Notes: generated from the sequence alone by a model not told the origin. Shown: positions 29,529 to 44,500, numbered from the stretch's first letter. The stretch is DNA of 64,000 bases from Centroscyllium fabricii (GCA_051313645.2 JBNRSN020000118.1:868001-932000), one strand, 5' to 3'. Numbers and translations are program-made.

Positions 29529-32500
29529 CTGCTGGATCTCGCCACAGACGACCAGGGAGTCTGCTGGATCTCGCCACAGACGACCAGGGAATCTGCTGGA
29601 ACTCGCTACAGAGGACCAGGGAATCTGCTGGAACTCGCTACAGAGGACCAGGGAGTCTGCTGGAACTCGCCACAGAGGACCAGGGAATCTGCTGGAACTC
29701 GCCACAGAGGACCAGGGAATCTGCTGGAACTCGCTACAGAGGACCAGGGAATCTGCTGGAACTCGCCACAGAGGACCAGGGAATCTGCTGGAACTCGCTA
29801 CAGAGGACCAGGGAGTCTGCTGGAACTCACAAGAGAGGACCAGGGAATCTGCTGGAACTCACCACAGAGGACCAGGGAATCTGCTGGAACTCGCCACAGA
29901 GGACCAGGGAATCTGCTGGAACTCGCCACAGAGGACCAGGGAATCTGCTGGAACTCGCCACAGAGGACCAGGGAATCTGCTGGGACTCGCCACAGAGGAC
30001 CAGGGAATCTGCTGGAACACGCCACAGAGGACCAGGGAATCTGCTGGAACTCGCCACAGAGGACCAGGGAATCTGCTGGAACTCGCCACAGACGACCAGG
30101 GAGTCTGCTGGAACTCGCCACAGAGGACCAGGGAGTCTGCTGGAACTCGCCACAGAGGACCAGGGAATCTGCTGGAACTCACCACAGAGGACCAGGGAAT
30201 CTGCTGGAACTCACCAGAGAGGACCAGGGAATATGCTGTATCTCGCCACAGAGGACTAGGGAATCTGCTGGAACTCACCAGAGAGGACCAGGGAATCTGC
30301 TGGAACTCGCCACAGAGGACCAGGGAATCTGCTGGAACTCACCACAGAGGACCAGGGAATCTGCTGGAACTCGCCACAGAGGACCAGGGAGTCTGCTGGA
30401 ACTCGCCACAGAGGACCAGGGAATCTGCTGGAACTCGCCACAGACGACCAGGGAATCTGCTGGATCTTGCCACAGAGGACCAGGGACTCTGCTGGAAATC
30501 GCAACAGAGGACCAGGGAATGTGCTGAAACTCGCCACAGAGGAACAGGGAATCTGCTAAAACTCGCCACAGAGGACCAGGGAATCTGCTGGAACTCACCA
30601 CAGAGGACCAGGGAATCTGCTGGAACTCGCCACAGAGGACCAGGGAATCTGCTGGAACTCACCACAGAGGATCAGGGAATCTGCTGGAACTCACCACAGA
30701 GGACCAGGGAATCTGCTGGAACTCGCCACAGTGGACCAGGGAATCTGCTAGAATTCACCACAGAGGACCAGGGAATCTGCTGGAAGTTGCCACAGAGGAC
30801 CAGGGAATCTACTGGAACTCACCAGAGAGGACCAGGTAATCTGCTGGAACTCACCAGAGAGGACCAGGGAATCTGCTGGAACTCGCCACAGAGGACCAGG
30901 GAATCTGCTGGAACTCGCCACAGATGACCAGGGAGGCTGCTGGAACTCGCCACAGACGACCAGGGAAACTGCTGGAACTCGCCACAGAGGACCAGGGAAT
31001 CTGCTGGAACTCGCCACAGAGGACCAGGGAATCTGCTGGAAACCGCCACAGAGGACCAGGGAATCTGCTGGAACTCGCCACAGTGGACCAGGTAATCTGC
31101 TGGAACTCGACACAGAGGACCAGGGAATCTGCTTGAACTCGCCACAGAGGACCAGTGAATCTGCTGGAACTCGCCACAGAGGACCAGGGAATCTGCTGGA
31201 ACTCGCCACAGAGGACCAGGGAATCTGCTGGAACTCACCACAGAGGACCAGGGAATCTGCTGGAACTCGCCACAGAGGACCAGGGAGTCTGCTGGAACTC
31301 GCCACAGAGGACCAGGGAATCTGCTGGAACTCGCCACAGACGACCATGAAATCTGCTGGATCTCGCCACAGAGGACCAGGGAACCTGCTGGAAATCGCCA
31401 CAGAGGACCAGGGAATGTGCTGAAACTCGCCACAGAGGAACAGGGAATCTGCTGGAACTCGCCACAGAGGACCAGGGAATCTGCTGGAACTCACCACAGA
31501 GGACCAGGGAATCTGCTGGAACTCGCCATAGAGGACCAGGGAATCTGCTGGAACTCACCACAGAGGACCAGGGAATCTGCTGGAACTCACCACAGAGGAC
31601 CAGGGAATCTGCTGGAACTCGCCACAGAGGACCAGGGAATCTGCTAGAATTCACCACAGAGGACCAGGGAATCTGCTGGAAGTTGCCACAGAGGACCAGG
31701 GAATCTACTGGAACTCACCAGAGAGGACCAGGTAATCTGCTGGAACTCACCAGAGAGGACCAGGGAATCTGCTGGAACTCGCCACAGAGGACCAGGGAAT
31801 CTGCTGGAACTCGCCACAGATGACCAGGGAGGCTGCTGGAACTCGCCACAGACGACCAGGGAAACTGCTGGAACTCGCCACAGAGGACCAGGGAATCTGC
31901 TGGAACTCGCCACAGAGGACCAGGGAATCTGCTGGAAACCGCCACAGAGGACCAGGGAATCTGCTGGAACTCGCCACAGAGGACCAGGTAATCTGCTGGA
32001 ACTCGACACAGAGGACCAGGGAATCTGCTTGAACTCGCCACAGAGGACCAGTGAATCTGCTGGAACTCGCCACAGAGGACCAGGGAATCTGCTGGAACTC
32101 GCCACAGAGGACCAAGGAATCTGCTGGAACTCGCCACAGAGGACGTGGGAATCTGCTGGAATGCTCCACAGAGGACCAGGGAATCTGCTGGAACTCGCCA
32201 CAGAGGACCAGGGAATCTGCTGGAACTCGCCACAGAGGACCAGGGAATCTGCTAGAACTCACCACAGAGGACCAGGGAGTCTGCTGGAACTCGCCAAAGA
32301 GGACCAGGGAATCTGCTGGAACTCACCACAGACGACCAGGGAATCTGCTGGAACTCGCCAGAGAGGACCAGGGAATCTGCTGGAACTCGCCACAGAGTAC
32401 CAGGAAATCTGCTGGAACTCGCCAGAGAGGACCAGGGAATCTGCTGGAACTCGCCACAGAGGACCAGGGAGTCTGCTGGAACTTGCCACAGAGGACCAGG

Positions 32501-35500
32501 AATCTGCTGGAACTTGCCACAGAGGACCAGGGAATCTGCTGGAACTCGCCACAGAGGACCAGGGAATCCGTTGGAACTTGCCACAGAGGATCAGGGAATC
32601 TGCTGGAACTCGCCACAGAGGACCAGGGAATCTGCTAGAACTCACCACAGAGGACCAGGGAATCTGCTGGAACTCGCCACAGACGACCAGGGAATCTGCT
32701 GGAACTCGCCACAGAGGACCAGGGAATCTGCTGGAACTCGCCACAGAGGACCAGAGAATCTGCTGGAACTCGCCACAGAGGACCAGGGAATCTGCTGGAA
32801 CTCACCACAGAGGACCAGGGAATCTGCTGGAACTCGCCTCAGAGGACCAGGGAATCTGCTGGAACTCGCCACAGAGGACAAGGGAGTCTGCTGGAACTCG
32901 CCACTGATGACCAGGAAATCTGCTGGAACTCGCCACAGAGGACCAGGGAATCTGCTGGAACTCACCACAGAGGACCAGGGAAGCTGCTGGATCTCGCCAC
33001 AGAGGACCAGGGAATCTGCTGGAACTCACCAGAGAGGACCAGGGAATCTGCTGGAACTCACCACAGAGGACCAGGGAATCTGCTGGAACTCGCCACAGAG
33101 GACCAGGGAATCTGCTGGAACTCGCCACAGAGGACCAGGGAATCTGCTGGAACTCGCCACAGAGGACCAGGGAATCTGCTGGGACTCGCCACAGAGGACC
33201 AGGGAATCTGCTGGAACACGCCACAGAGGACCAGGGAATCTGCTGGAACTCGCCACAGAGGACCAGGGAATCTGCTGGAACTCGCCACAGACGACCAGGG
33301 AGTCTGCTGGAACTCGCCACAGAGGACCAGGGAGTCTGCTGGAACTCGCCACAGAGGACCAGGGAATCTGCTGGAACTCACCACAGAGGACCAGGGAATC
33401 TGCTGGAACTCACCAGAGAGGACCAGGGAATATGCTGTATCTCGCCACAGAGGACCAGGGAATCTGCTGGAACTCACCAGAGTGGACCAGGGAATCTGCT
33501 GGAACTCGCCACAGAGGACCAGGGAATCTGCTGGAACTCGCCACAGAGGACCAGGGAATCTGCTGGAACTCGCCACAGAGGACCAGGGAGTCTGCTGGAA
33601 CTCGCCACAGAGGACCAGGGAATCGGCTGGAACTCGCCACAGACGACCAGGGAATCTGCTGGATCTCGCCACAGAGGACCAGCGAACCTGCTGGAAATCG
33701 CCACAGAGGACCAGGGAATCTGCTGAAACTCGCCACAGAGGAACAGGGAATCTGCTGGAACTCGCCACAGAGGACCAGGGAATCTGCTGGAACTCGCCAC
33801 AGAGGAACAGGGAATCTGCTGGAACTCGCCACAGAGGACCAGGGAATCTGCTGGAACTCACCACAGAGGACCAGGGAATCTGCTGGAACTCACCACAGGG
33901 GACCAGGGAATCTGCTGGAACTCGCCACAGAGGACCAGGGAATCTGCTAGAATTCACCACAGAGGACCAGGGAATCTGCTGGAAGTTGCCACAGAGGACC
34001 AGGGAATCTACTGGAACTCACCAGAGAGGACCAGGTAATCTGCTGGAACTCACCAGAGAGGACCAGGGAATCTGCTGGAACTCGCCACAGAGGACCAGGG
34101 AATCTGCTGGAACTCGCCACAGATGACCAGGGAGGCTGCTGGAACTCGCCACAGACGACCAGGGAAACTGCTGGAACTCGCCACAGAGGACCAGGGAATC
34201 TGCTGGAACTCACCACAGAGGACCAGGGAATCAGCTGGAACTCGCCACAGAGGACCAGGGAATCTGCTAGAATTCACCACAGAGGACCAGGGAATCTGCT
34301 GGAAGTTGCCACAGAGGACCAGGTAATCTACTGGAACTCACCAGAGAGGACCAGGAAATCTGCTGAAACTCACCAGAGAGGACCAGGGAATCTGCTGGAA
34401 CTCGCCACAGAGGACCAAGGAATCTGCTGGAACTCGCCACAGATGACCAGGGAGGCTGCTGGAACTCGCCACAGACGACCAGGGAAACTGCTGGAACTCG
34501 CCACAGAGGACCAGGGAATCTGCTGGAACTCGCCACAGAGGACCAGGGAATCTGCTGGAAACCGCCACAGAGGACCAGGGAATCTGCTGGAACTCGCCAC
34601 AGAGGACCAGGTAATCTGCTGGAACTCGACACAGAGGACCAGGGAATCTGCTTGAACTCGCCACAGAGGACCAGTGAATCTGCTGGAACTCGCCACAGAG
34701 GACCAGGGAATCTGCTGGAACTCGCCACAGAGGACCAAGGAATCTGCTGGAACTCGCCACAGAGGACGTGGGAATCTGCTGGAATGCTCCACAGAGGACC
34801 AGGGAATCTGCTGGGACTCGCCACAGAGGACCAGGGAATCTGCTGGAACTCGCCACAGAGGACCAGGGAATCTGCTAGAACTCACCACAGAGGACCAGGG
34901 AGTCTGCTGGAACTCGCCAAAGAGGACCAGGGAATCTGCTGGAACTCACCACAGACGACCAGGGAATCTGCTGGAACTCGCCAGAGAGGACCAGGGAATC
35001 TGCTGGAACTCGCCACAGAGTACCAGGAAATCTGCTGGAACTCGCCAGAGAGGACCAGGGAATCTGCTGGAACTCGCCACAGAGGACCAGGGAGTCTGCT
35101 GGAACTTGCCACAGAGGACCAGGAATCTGCTGGAACTTGCCACAGAGGACCAGGGAATCTGCTGGAACTCGCCACAGAGGACCAGGGAATCCGTTGGAAC
35201 TTGCCACAGAGGATCAGGGAATCTGCTAGAACTCGCCACAGAGGACCAGGGAATCTGCTAGAACTCACCACAGAGGACCAGGGAATCTGCTGGAACTCGC
35301 CACAGACGACCAGGGAATCTGCTGGAACTCGCCACAGAGGACCAGGGAATCTGCTGGAACTCGCCACAGAGGACCAGAGAATCTGCTGGAACTCGCCACA
35401 GAGGACCAGGGAATCTGCTGGAACTCACCACAGAGGACCAGGGAATCTGCTGGAACTCGCCTCAGAGGACCAGGGAATCTGCTGGAACTCGCCACAGAGG

Positions 35501-38500
35501 ACAAGGGAGTCTGCTGGAACTCGCCACTGATGACCAGGAAATCTGCTGGAACTCGCCACAGAGGACCAGGGAATCTGCTGGAACTCACCACAGAGGACCA
35601 GGGAAGCTGCTGGATCTCGCCACAGAGGACCAGGGAATCTGCTGGAACTCACCAGAGAGGACCAGGGAATCTGCTGGAACTCACCACAGAGGACCAGGGA
35701 ATCTGCTGGAACTCGCCACAGAGGACCAGGGAATCTGCTGGAACTCGCCACAGAGGACCAGGGAATCTGCTGGAACTCGCCACAGAGGACCAGGGAATCT
35801 GCTGGGACTCGCCACAGAGGACCAGGGAATCTGCTGGAACACGCCACAGAGGACCAGGGAATCTGCTGGAACTCGCCACAGAGGACCAGGGAATCTGCTG
35901 GAACTCGCCACAGACGGCCAGGGAGTCTGCTGGAACTCGCCACAGAGGACCAGGGAGTCTGCTGGAACTCGCCACAGAGGACCAGGGAATCTGCTGGAAC
36001 TCACCACAGAGGACCAGGGAATCTGCTGGAACTCACCAGAGAGGACCAGGGAATATGCTGTATCTCGCCACAGAGGACCAGGGAATCTGCTGGAACTCAC
36101 CAGAGAGGACCAGGGAATCTGCTGGAGCTCGCCACAGAGGACCAGGGAATCTGCTGGAACTCGCCACAGAGGACCAGGGAATCTGCTGGAACTCGCCACA
36201 GAGGACCAGGGAGTCTGCTGGAACTCGCCACAGAGGACCAGGGAATCGGCTGGAACTCGCCACAGACGACCAGGGAATCTGCTGGATCTCGCCACAGAGG
36301 ACCAGCGAACCTGCTGGAAATCGCCACAGAGGACCAGGGAATCTGCTGAAACTCGCCACAGAGGAACAGGGAATCTGCTGGAACTCGCCACAGAGGACCA
36401 GGGAATCTGCTGGAACTCGCCACAGAGGACCAGGGAATCTGCTGGAACTCGCCACAGAGGACCAGGGAATCTGCTGGAACTCACCACAGAGGACCAGGGA
36501 ATCTGCTGGAACTCACCACAGGGGACCAGGGAATCTGCTGGAACTCGCCACAGAGGACCAGGGAATCTGCTAGAATTCACCACAGAGGACCAGGGAATCT
36601 GCTGGAAGTTGCCACAGAGGACCAGGGAATCTACTGGAACTCACCAGAGAGGACCAGGTAATCTGCTGGAACTCACCAGAGAGGACCAGGGAATCTGCTG
36701 GAACTCGCCACAGAGGACCAGGGAATCTGCTGGAACTCGCCACAGATGACCAGGGAGGCTGCTGGAACTCGCCACAGACGACCAGGGAAACTGCTGGAAC
36801 TCGCCACAGAGGACCAGGGAATCTGCTGGAACTCACCACAGAGGACCAGGGAATCTGCTGGAACTCGCCACAGAGGACCAGGGAATCTGCTAGAATTCAC
36901 CACAGAGGACCAGGGAATCTGCTGGAAGTTGCCACAGAGGACCAGGTAATCTACTGGAACTCACCAGAGAGGACCAGGAAATCTGCTGGAACTCACCAGA
37001 GAGGACCAGGGAATCTGCTGGAACTCGCCACAGAGGACCAGGGAATCTGCTGGAACTCGCCACAGATGACCAGGGAGGCTGCTGGAACTCGCCACAGACG
37101 ACCAGGGAAACTGCTGGAACTCGCCACAGAAGACCAGGGAATCTGCTGGAACTCGCCACAGAGGACCAGGGAATCTGCTGGAAACCGCCACAGAGGACCA
37201 GGGAATCTGCTGGAACTCGCCACAGAGGACCAGGTAATCTGCTGGAACTCGACACAGAGGACCAGGGAATCTGCTTGAACTCGCCACAGAGGACCAGTGA
37301 ATCTGCTGGAACTCGCCACAGAGGACCAGGGAATCTGCTGGAACTCGCCACAGAGGACCAAGGAATCTGCTGGAACTCGCCACAGAGGACGTGGGAATCT
37401 GCTGGAATGCTCCACAGAGGACCAGGGAATCTGCTGGAACTCGCCACAGAGGACCAGGGAATCTGCTGGAACTCGCCACAGAGGACCAGGGAATCTGCTA
37501 GAACTCACCACAGAGGACCAGGGAGTCTGCTGGAACTCGCCAAAGAGGACCAGGGAATCTGCTGGAACTCACCACAGACGACCAGGGAATCTGCTGGAAC
37601 TCGCCAGAGAGGACCAGGGAATCTGCTGGAACTCGCCACAGAGTACCAGGAAATCTGCTGGAACTCGCCAGAGAGGACCAGGGAATCTGCTGGAACTCGC
37701 CACAGAGGACCAGGGAGTCTGCTGGAACTTGCCACAGAGGACCAGGAATCTGCTGGAACTTGCCACAGAGGACCAGGGAATCTGCTGGAACTCGCCACAG
37801 AGGACCAGGGAATCCGTTGGAACTTGCCACAGAGGATCAGGGAATCTGCTGGAACTCGCCACAGAGGACCAGGGAATCTGCTAGAACTCACCACAGAGGA
37901 CCAGGGAATCTGCTGGAACTCGCCACAGACGACCAGGGAATCTGCTGGAACTCGCCACAGAGGACCAGGGAATCTGCTGGAACTCGCCACAGAGGACCAG
38001 AGAATCTGCTGGAACTCGCCACAGAGGACCAGGGAATCTGCTGGAACTCACCACAGAGGACCAGGGAATCTGCTGGAACTCGCCTCAGAGGACCAGGGAA
38101 TCTGCTGGAACTCGCCACAGAGGACAAGGGAGTCTGCTGGAACTCGCCACTGATGACCAGGAAATCTGCTTGAACTCGCCACAGAGGACCAGGGAATCTG
38201 CTGGAACTCACCACAGAGGACCAGGGAAGCTGCTGGATCTCGCCACAGAGGACCAGGGAATCTGCTGGAACTCACCAGAGAGGACCAGGGAATCTGCTGG
38301 AACTCACCACAGAGGACCAGGGAATCTGCTGGAACTCGCCACAGAGGACCAGGGAATCTGCTGGAACTCGCCACAGAGGACCAGGGAATCTGCTGGAACT
38401 CGCCACAGAGGACCAGGGAATCTGCTGGGACTCGCCACAGAGGACCAGGGAATCTGCTGGAACACGCCACAGAGGACCAGGGAATCTGCTGGAACTCGCC

Positions 38501-41500
38501 ACAGAGGACCAGGGAATCTGCTGGAACTCGCCACAGACGACCAGGGAGTCTGCTGGAACTCGCCACAGAGGACCAGGGAGTCTGCTGGAACTCGCCACAG
38601 AGGACCAGGGAATCTGCTGGAACTCACCACAGAGGACCAGGGAATCTGCTGGAACTCACCAGAGAGGACCAGGGAATATGCTGTATCTCGCCACAGAGGA
38701 CCAGGGAATCTGCTGGAATGCTCCACAGAGGACCAGGGAATCTGCTGGAACTCGCCACAGAGGACCAGGGAATCTGCTGGAACTCGCCACAGAGGACCAG
38801 GGAATCTGCTAGAACTCACCACAGAGGACCAGGGTGTCTGCTGGAACTCGCCAAAGAGGACCAGGGAATCTGCTGGAACTCACCACAGACGACCAGGGAA
38901 TCTGCTGGAACTCGCCAGAGAGGACCAGGGAATCTGCTGGAACTCGCCACAGAGTACCAGGAAATCTGCTGGAACTCGCCAGAGAGGACCAGGGAATCTG
39001 CTGGAACTCGCCACAGAGGACCAGGGAGTCTGCTGGAACTTGCCACAGAGGACCAGGAATCTGCTGGAACTTGCCACAGAGGACCAGGGAATCTGCTGGA
39101 ACTCGCCACAGAGGACCAGGGAATCCGTTGGAACTTGCCACAGAGGATCAGGGAATCTGCTGGAACTCGCCACAGAGGACCAGGGAATCTGCTAGAACTC
39201 ACCACAGAGGACCAGGGAATCTGCTGGAACTCGCCACAGACGACCAGGGAATCTGCTGGAACTCGCCACAGAGGACCAGGGAATCTGCTGGAACTCGCCA
39301 CAGAGGACCAGAGAATCTGCTGGAACTCGCCACAGAGGACCAGGGAATCTGCTGGAACTCACCACAGAGGACCAGGGAATCTGCTGGAACTCGCCTCAGA
39401 GGAACAGGGAATCTGCTGGAACTCGCCACAGAGGACAAGGGAGTCTGCTGGAACTCGCCACTGATGACCAGGAAATCTGCTTGAACTCGCCACAGAGGAC
39501 CAGGGAATCTGCTGGAACTCACCACAGAGGACCAGGGAAGCTGCTGGATCTCGCCACAGAGGACCAGGGAATCTGCTGGAACTCACCAGAGAGGACCAGG
39601 GAATCTGCTGGAACTCACCACAGAGGACCAGGGAATCTGCTGGAACTCGCCACAGAGGACCAGGGAATCTGCTCGAACTCGCCACAGAGGACCAGGGAAT
39701 CTGCTGGAACTCGCCACAGAGGACCAGGGAATCTGCTGGGACTCGCCACAGAGGACCAGGGAATCTGCTGGAACACGCCACAGAGGACCAGGGAATCTGC
39801 TGGAACTCGCCACAGAGGACCAGGGAATCTGCTGGAACTCGCCACAGACGACCAGGGAGTCTGCTGGAACTCGCCACAGAGGACCAGGGAGTCTGCTGGA
39901 ACTCGCCACAGAGGACCAGGGAATCTGCTGGAACTCACCACAGAGGACCAGGGAATCTGCTGGAACTCACCAGAGAGGACCAGGGAATATGCTGTATCTC
40001 GCCACAGAGGACCAGGGAATCTGCTGGAACTCACCAGAGAGGACCAGGGAATCTGCTGGAACTCGCCACAGAGGACCAGGGAATCTGCTGGAACTCGCCA
40101 CAGAGGACCAGGGAATCTGCTGGAACTCGCCACAGAGGACCAGGGAGTCTGCTGGAACTCGCCACAGAGGACCAGGGAATCGGCTGGAACTCGCCACAGA
40201 CGACCAGGGAATCTGCTGGATCTCGCCACAGAGGACCAGCGAACCTGCTGGAAATCGCCACAGAGGACCAGGGAATCTGCTGAAACTCGCCACAGAGGAA
40301 CAGGGAATCTGCTGGAACTCGCCACAGAGGACCAGGGAATCTGCTGGAACTCGCCACAGAGGACCAGGGAATCTGCTGGAACTCGCCACAGAGGACCAGG
40401 GAATCTGCTGGAACTCACCACAGAGGACCAGGGAATCTGCTGGAACTCACCACAGGGGACCAGGGAATCTGCTGGAACTCGCCACAGAGGACCAGGGAAT
40501 CTGCTAGAATTCACCACAGAGGACCAGGGAATCTGCTGGAAGTTGCCACAGAGGACCAGGGAATCTACTGGAACTCACCAGAGAGGACAAGGTAATCTGC
40601 TGGAACTCACCAGAGAGGACCAGGGAATCTGCTGGAACTCGCGACAGAGGACCAGGGAATCTGCTGGAACTCGCCACAGATGACCAGGGAGGCTGCTGGA
40701 ACTCGCCACAGACGACCAGGGAAACTGCTGGAACTCGCCACAGAGGACCAGGGAATCTGCTGGAACTCACCACAGAGGACCAGGGAATCTGCTGGAACTC
40801 GCCACAGAGGACCAGGGAATCTGCTAGAATTCACCACAGAGGACCAGGGAATCTGCTGGAAGTTGCCACAGAGGACCAGGGAATCTACTGGAACTCACCA
40901 GAGAGGACCAGGAAATCTGCTGGAACTCACCAGAGAGGACCAGGGAATCTGCTGGAACTCGCCACAGAGGACCAGGGAATCTGCTGGAACTCGCCACAGA
41001 TGACCAGGGAGGCTGCTGGAACTCGCCACAGACGACCAGGGAAACTGCTGGAACTCGCCACAGAGGACCAGGGAATCTGCTGGAACTCGCCACAGAGGAC
41101 CAGGGAATCTGCTGGAAACCGCCACAGAGGACCAGGGAATCTGCTGGAACTCGCCACAGAGGACCAGGTAATCTGCTGGAACTCGACACAGAGGACCAGG
41201 GAATCTGCTTGAACTCGCCACAGAGGACCAGTGAATCTGCTGGAACTCGCCACAGAGGACCAGGGAATCTGCTGGAACTCGCCACAGAGGACCAAGGAAT
41301 CTGCTGGAACTCGCCACAGAGGACGTGGGAATCTGCTGGAATGCTCCACAGAGGACCAGGGAATCTGCTGGAACTCGCCACAGAGGACCAGGGAATCTGC
41401 TGGAACTCGCCACAGAGGACCAGGGAATCTGCTAGAACTCACCACAGAGAACCAGGGAGTCTGCTGGAACTCGCCAAAGAGGACCAGGGAATCTGCTGGA

Positions 41501-44500
41501 ACTCACCACAGACGACCAGGGAATCTGCTGGAACTCGCCAGAGAGGACCAGGGAATCTGCTGGAACTCGCCACAGAGTACCAGGTAATCTGCTGGAACTC
41601 GCCAGAGAGGACCAGGGAATCTGCTGGAACTCGCCACAGAGGACCAGGGAGTCTGCTGGAACTTGCCACAGAGGACCAGGAATCTGCTGGAACTTGCCAC
41701 AGAGGACCAGGGAATCTGCTGGAACTCGCCACAGAGGACCAGGGAATCCGTTGGAACTTGCCACAGAGGATCAGGGAATCTGCTGGAACTCGCCACAGAG
41801 GACCAGGGAATCTGCTAGAACTCACCACAGAGGACCAGGGAATCTGCTGGAACTCGCCACAGACGACCAGGGAATCTGCTGGAACTCGCCACAGAGGACC
41901 AGGGAATCTGCTGGAACTCGCCACAGAGGACCAGAGAATCTGCTGGAACTCGCCACAGAGGACCAGGGAATCTGCTGGAACTCACCACAGAGGACCAGGG
42001 AATCTGCTGGAACTCGCCTCAGAGGACCAGGGAATCTGCTGGAACTCGCCACAGAGGACAAGGGAGTCTGCTGGAACTCGCCACTGATGACCAGGAAATC
42101 TGCTGGAACTCGCCACAGAGGACCAGGGAATCTGCTGGAACTCACCACAGAGGACCAGGGAAGCTGCTGGATCTCGCCACAGAGGACCAGGGAATCTGCT
42201 GGAACTCACCAGAGAGGACCAGGGAATCTGCTGGAACTCACCACAGAGGACCAGGGAATCTGCTGGAACTCGCCACAGAGGACCAGGGAATCTGCTGGAA
42301 CTCGCCACAGAGGACCAGGGAATCTGCTGGAACTCGCCACAGAGGACCAGGGAATCTGCTGGGACTCGCCACAGAGGACCAGGGAATCTGCTGGAACACG
42401 CCACAGAGGACCAGGGAATCTGCTGGAACTCGCCACAGAGGACCAGGGAATCTGCTGGAACTCGCCACAGACGACCAGGGAGTCTGCTGGAACTCGCCAC
42501 AGAGGACCAGGGAGTCTGCTGGAACTCGCCACAGAGGACAAGGGAATCTGCTGGATCTCACCACAGAGGACCAGGGAATCTGCTGGAACTCACCAGAGAG
42601 GACCAGGGAATATGCTGTATCTCGTCACAGAGGACCAGGGAATCTGCTGGAACTCACCAGAGCGGACCAGGGAATCTGCTGGAACTCGCCACAGAGGACC
42701 AGGGAATCTGCTGGAACTCGCCACAGAGGACCAGGGTATCTGCTGGAACTCGCCACAGAGGACCAGGGAGTCTGCTGGAACTCGCCACAGAGGACCAGGG
42801 AATCGGCTGGAACTCGCCACAGACGACCAGGGAATCTGCTGGATCTCGCCACAGAGGACCAGCGAACCTGCTGGAAATCGCCACAGAGGACCAGGGAATC
42901 TGCTGAAACTCGCCACAGAGGAACAGGGAATCTGCTGGAACTCGCCACAGAGGACCAGGGAATCTGCTGGAACTCGCCACAGAGGACCAGGGAATCTGCT
43001 GGAACTCGCCACAGAGGACCAGGGAATCTGCTGGAACTCACAACAGAGGACCAGGGAATCTGCTGGAACTCACCACAGGGGACCAGGGAATCTGCTGGAA
43101 CTCGCCACAGAGGACCAGGGAATCTGCTAGAATTCACCACAGAGGACCAGGAAATCTGCTGGAAGTTGCCACAGAGGACCAGGGAATCTACTGGAACTCA
43201 CCAGAGAGGACCAGGTAATCTGCTGGAACTCACCAGAGAGGACCAGGGAATCTGCTGGAACTCGCCACAGAGGACCAGGGAATCTGCTGGAACTCGCCAC
43301 AGATGACCAGGGAGGCTGCTGGAACTCGCCACAGACGACCAGGGAAACTGCTGGAACTCGCCACAGAGGACCAGGGAATCTGCTGGAACTCACCACAGAG
43401 GACCAGGGAATCTGCTGGAAACCGCCACAGAGGACCAGGGAATCTGCTGGAACTCGCCACAGAGGACCAGGTAATCTGCTGGAACTCGACACAGAGGACG
43501 AGGGAATCTGCTTGAACTCGCCACAGAGGACCAGTGAATCTGCTGGAACTCGCCACAGAGGACCAGGGAATCTGCTGGAACTCGCCACAGAGGACCAGGG
43601 AATCTGCTGGAACTCGCCACAGAGGACGAGGGAATCTGCTGGAATGCTCCACAGAGGACCAGGGAATCTGCTGGAACTCGCCACAGAGGACCAGGGAATC
43701 TGCTGGAACTCGCCACAGAGGACCAGGGAATCTGCTAGAACTCACCACAGAGGACCAGGGAGTCTGCTGGAACTCGCCAAAGAGGACCAGGGAATCTGCT
43801 GGAACTCACCACAGACGACCAGGGAATCTGCTGGAACTCGCCAGAGAGGACCAGGGAATCTGCTGGAACTCGCCACAGAGTACCAGGAAATCTGCTGGAA
43901 CTCGCCAGAGAGGACCAGGGAATCTGCTGGAACTCGCCACAGTGGACCAGGGAGTCTGCTGGAACTTGCCACAGAGGACCAGGAATCTGCTGGAACTTGC
44001 CACAGAGGACCAGGGAATCTGCTGGAACTCAACACAGAGGACCAGGGAATCCGCTGGAACTCGCCACAGACGATCAGGGAATCTGCTGGAACTCGCCACA
44101 GAGGACCAGGGAATCTGCTAGAACTCACCACAGAGGACCAGGGAATCTGCTGGAACTCGCCACAGACGACCAGGGAATCTGCTGGAACTCGCCACAGAGG
44201 ACCAGGGAATCTGCTGGAACTCGCCACAGAGGACCAGGGAATCTGCTGGAACTCGCCACAGAGGACCAGGGAATCTGCTGGAACTCACCACAGAGGACCA
44301 GGGAATCTGCTGGAACTCGCCTCAGAGGACCAGGGAATCTGCTGGAACTCGCCACAGAGGACAAGGGAGTCTGCCGGAACTCGCCACTGATGACCAGGGA
44401 ATCTGCTGGAACTCGCCACAGAGGACCAGGGAATCTGCTGGAACTCACCACAGAGGACCAGGGAGTCTGCTGGAACTCGCCACTGATTACCAGGGAATCT

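Noticed and set aside
29588-29597. NF-kB site or CENP-B box in the monomer
   Set aside because: GGGAATCTGC lacks the terminal CC of GGGRNWYYCC, and no TTCG-N4-A-N2-CGGG is present
32904-32918. Hammerhead-core-like CTGATGA-CCAG-GAAA in one variant monomer per HOR
   Set aside because: Stems I and III cannot form beyond about 2 bp with the flanking sequence. It is three substitutions from consensus, and central-domain copies lack GAAA. An Infernal search with hammerhead models would settle it.
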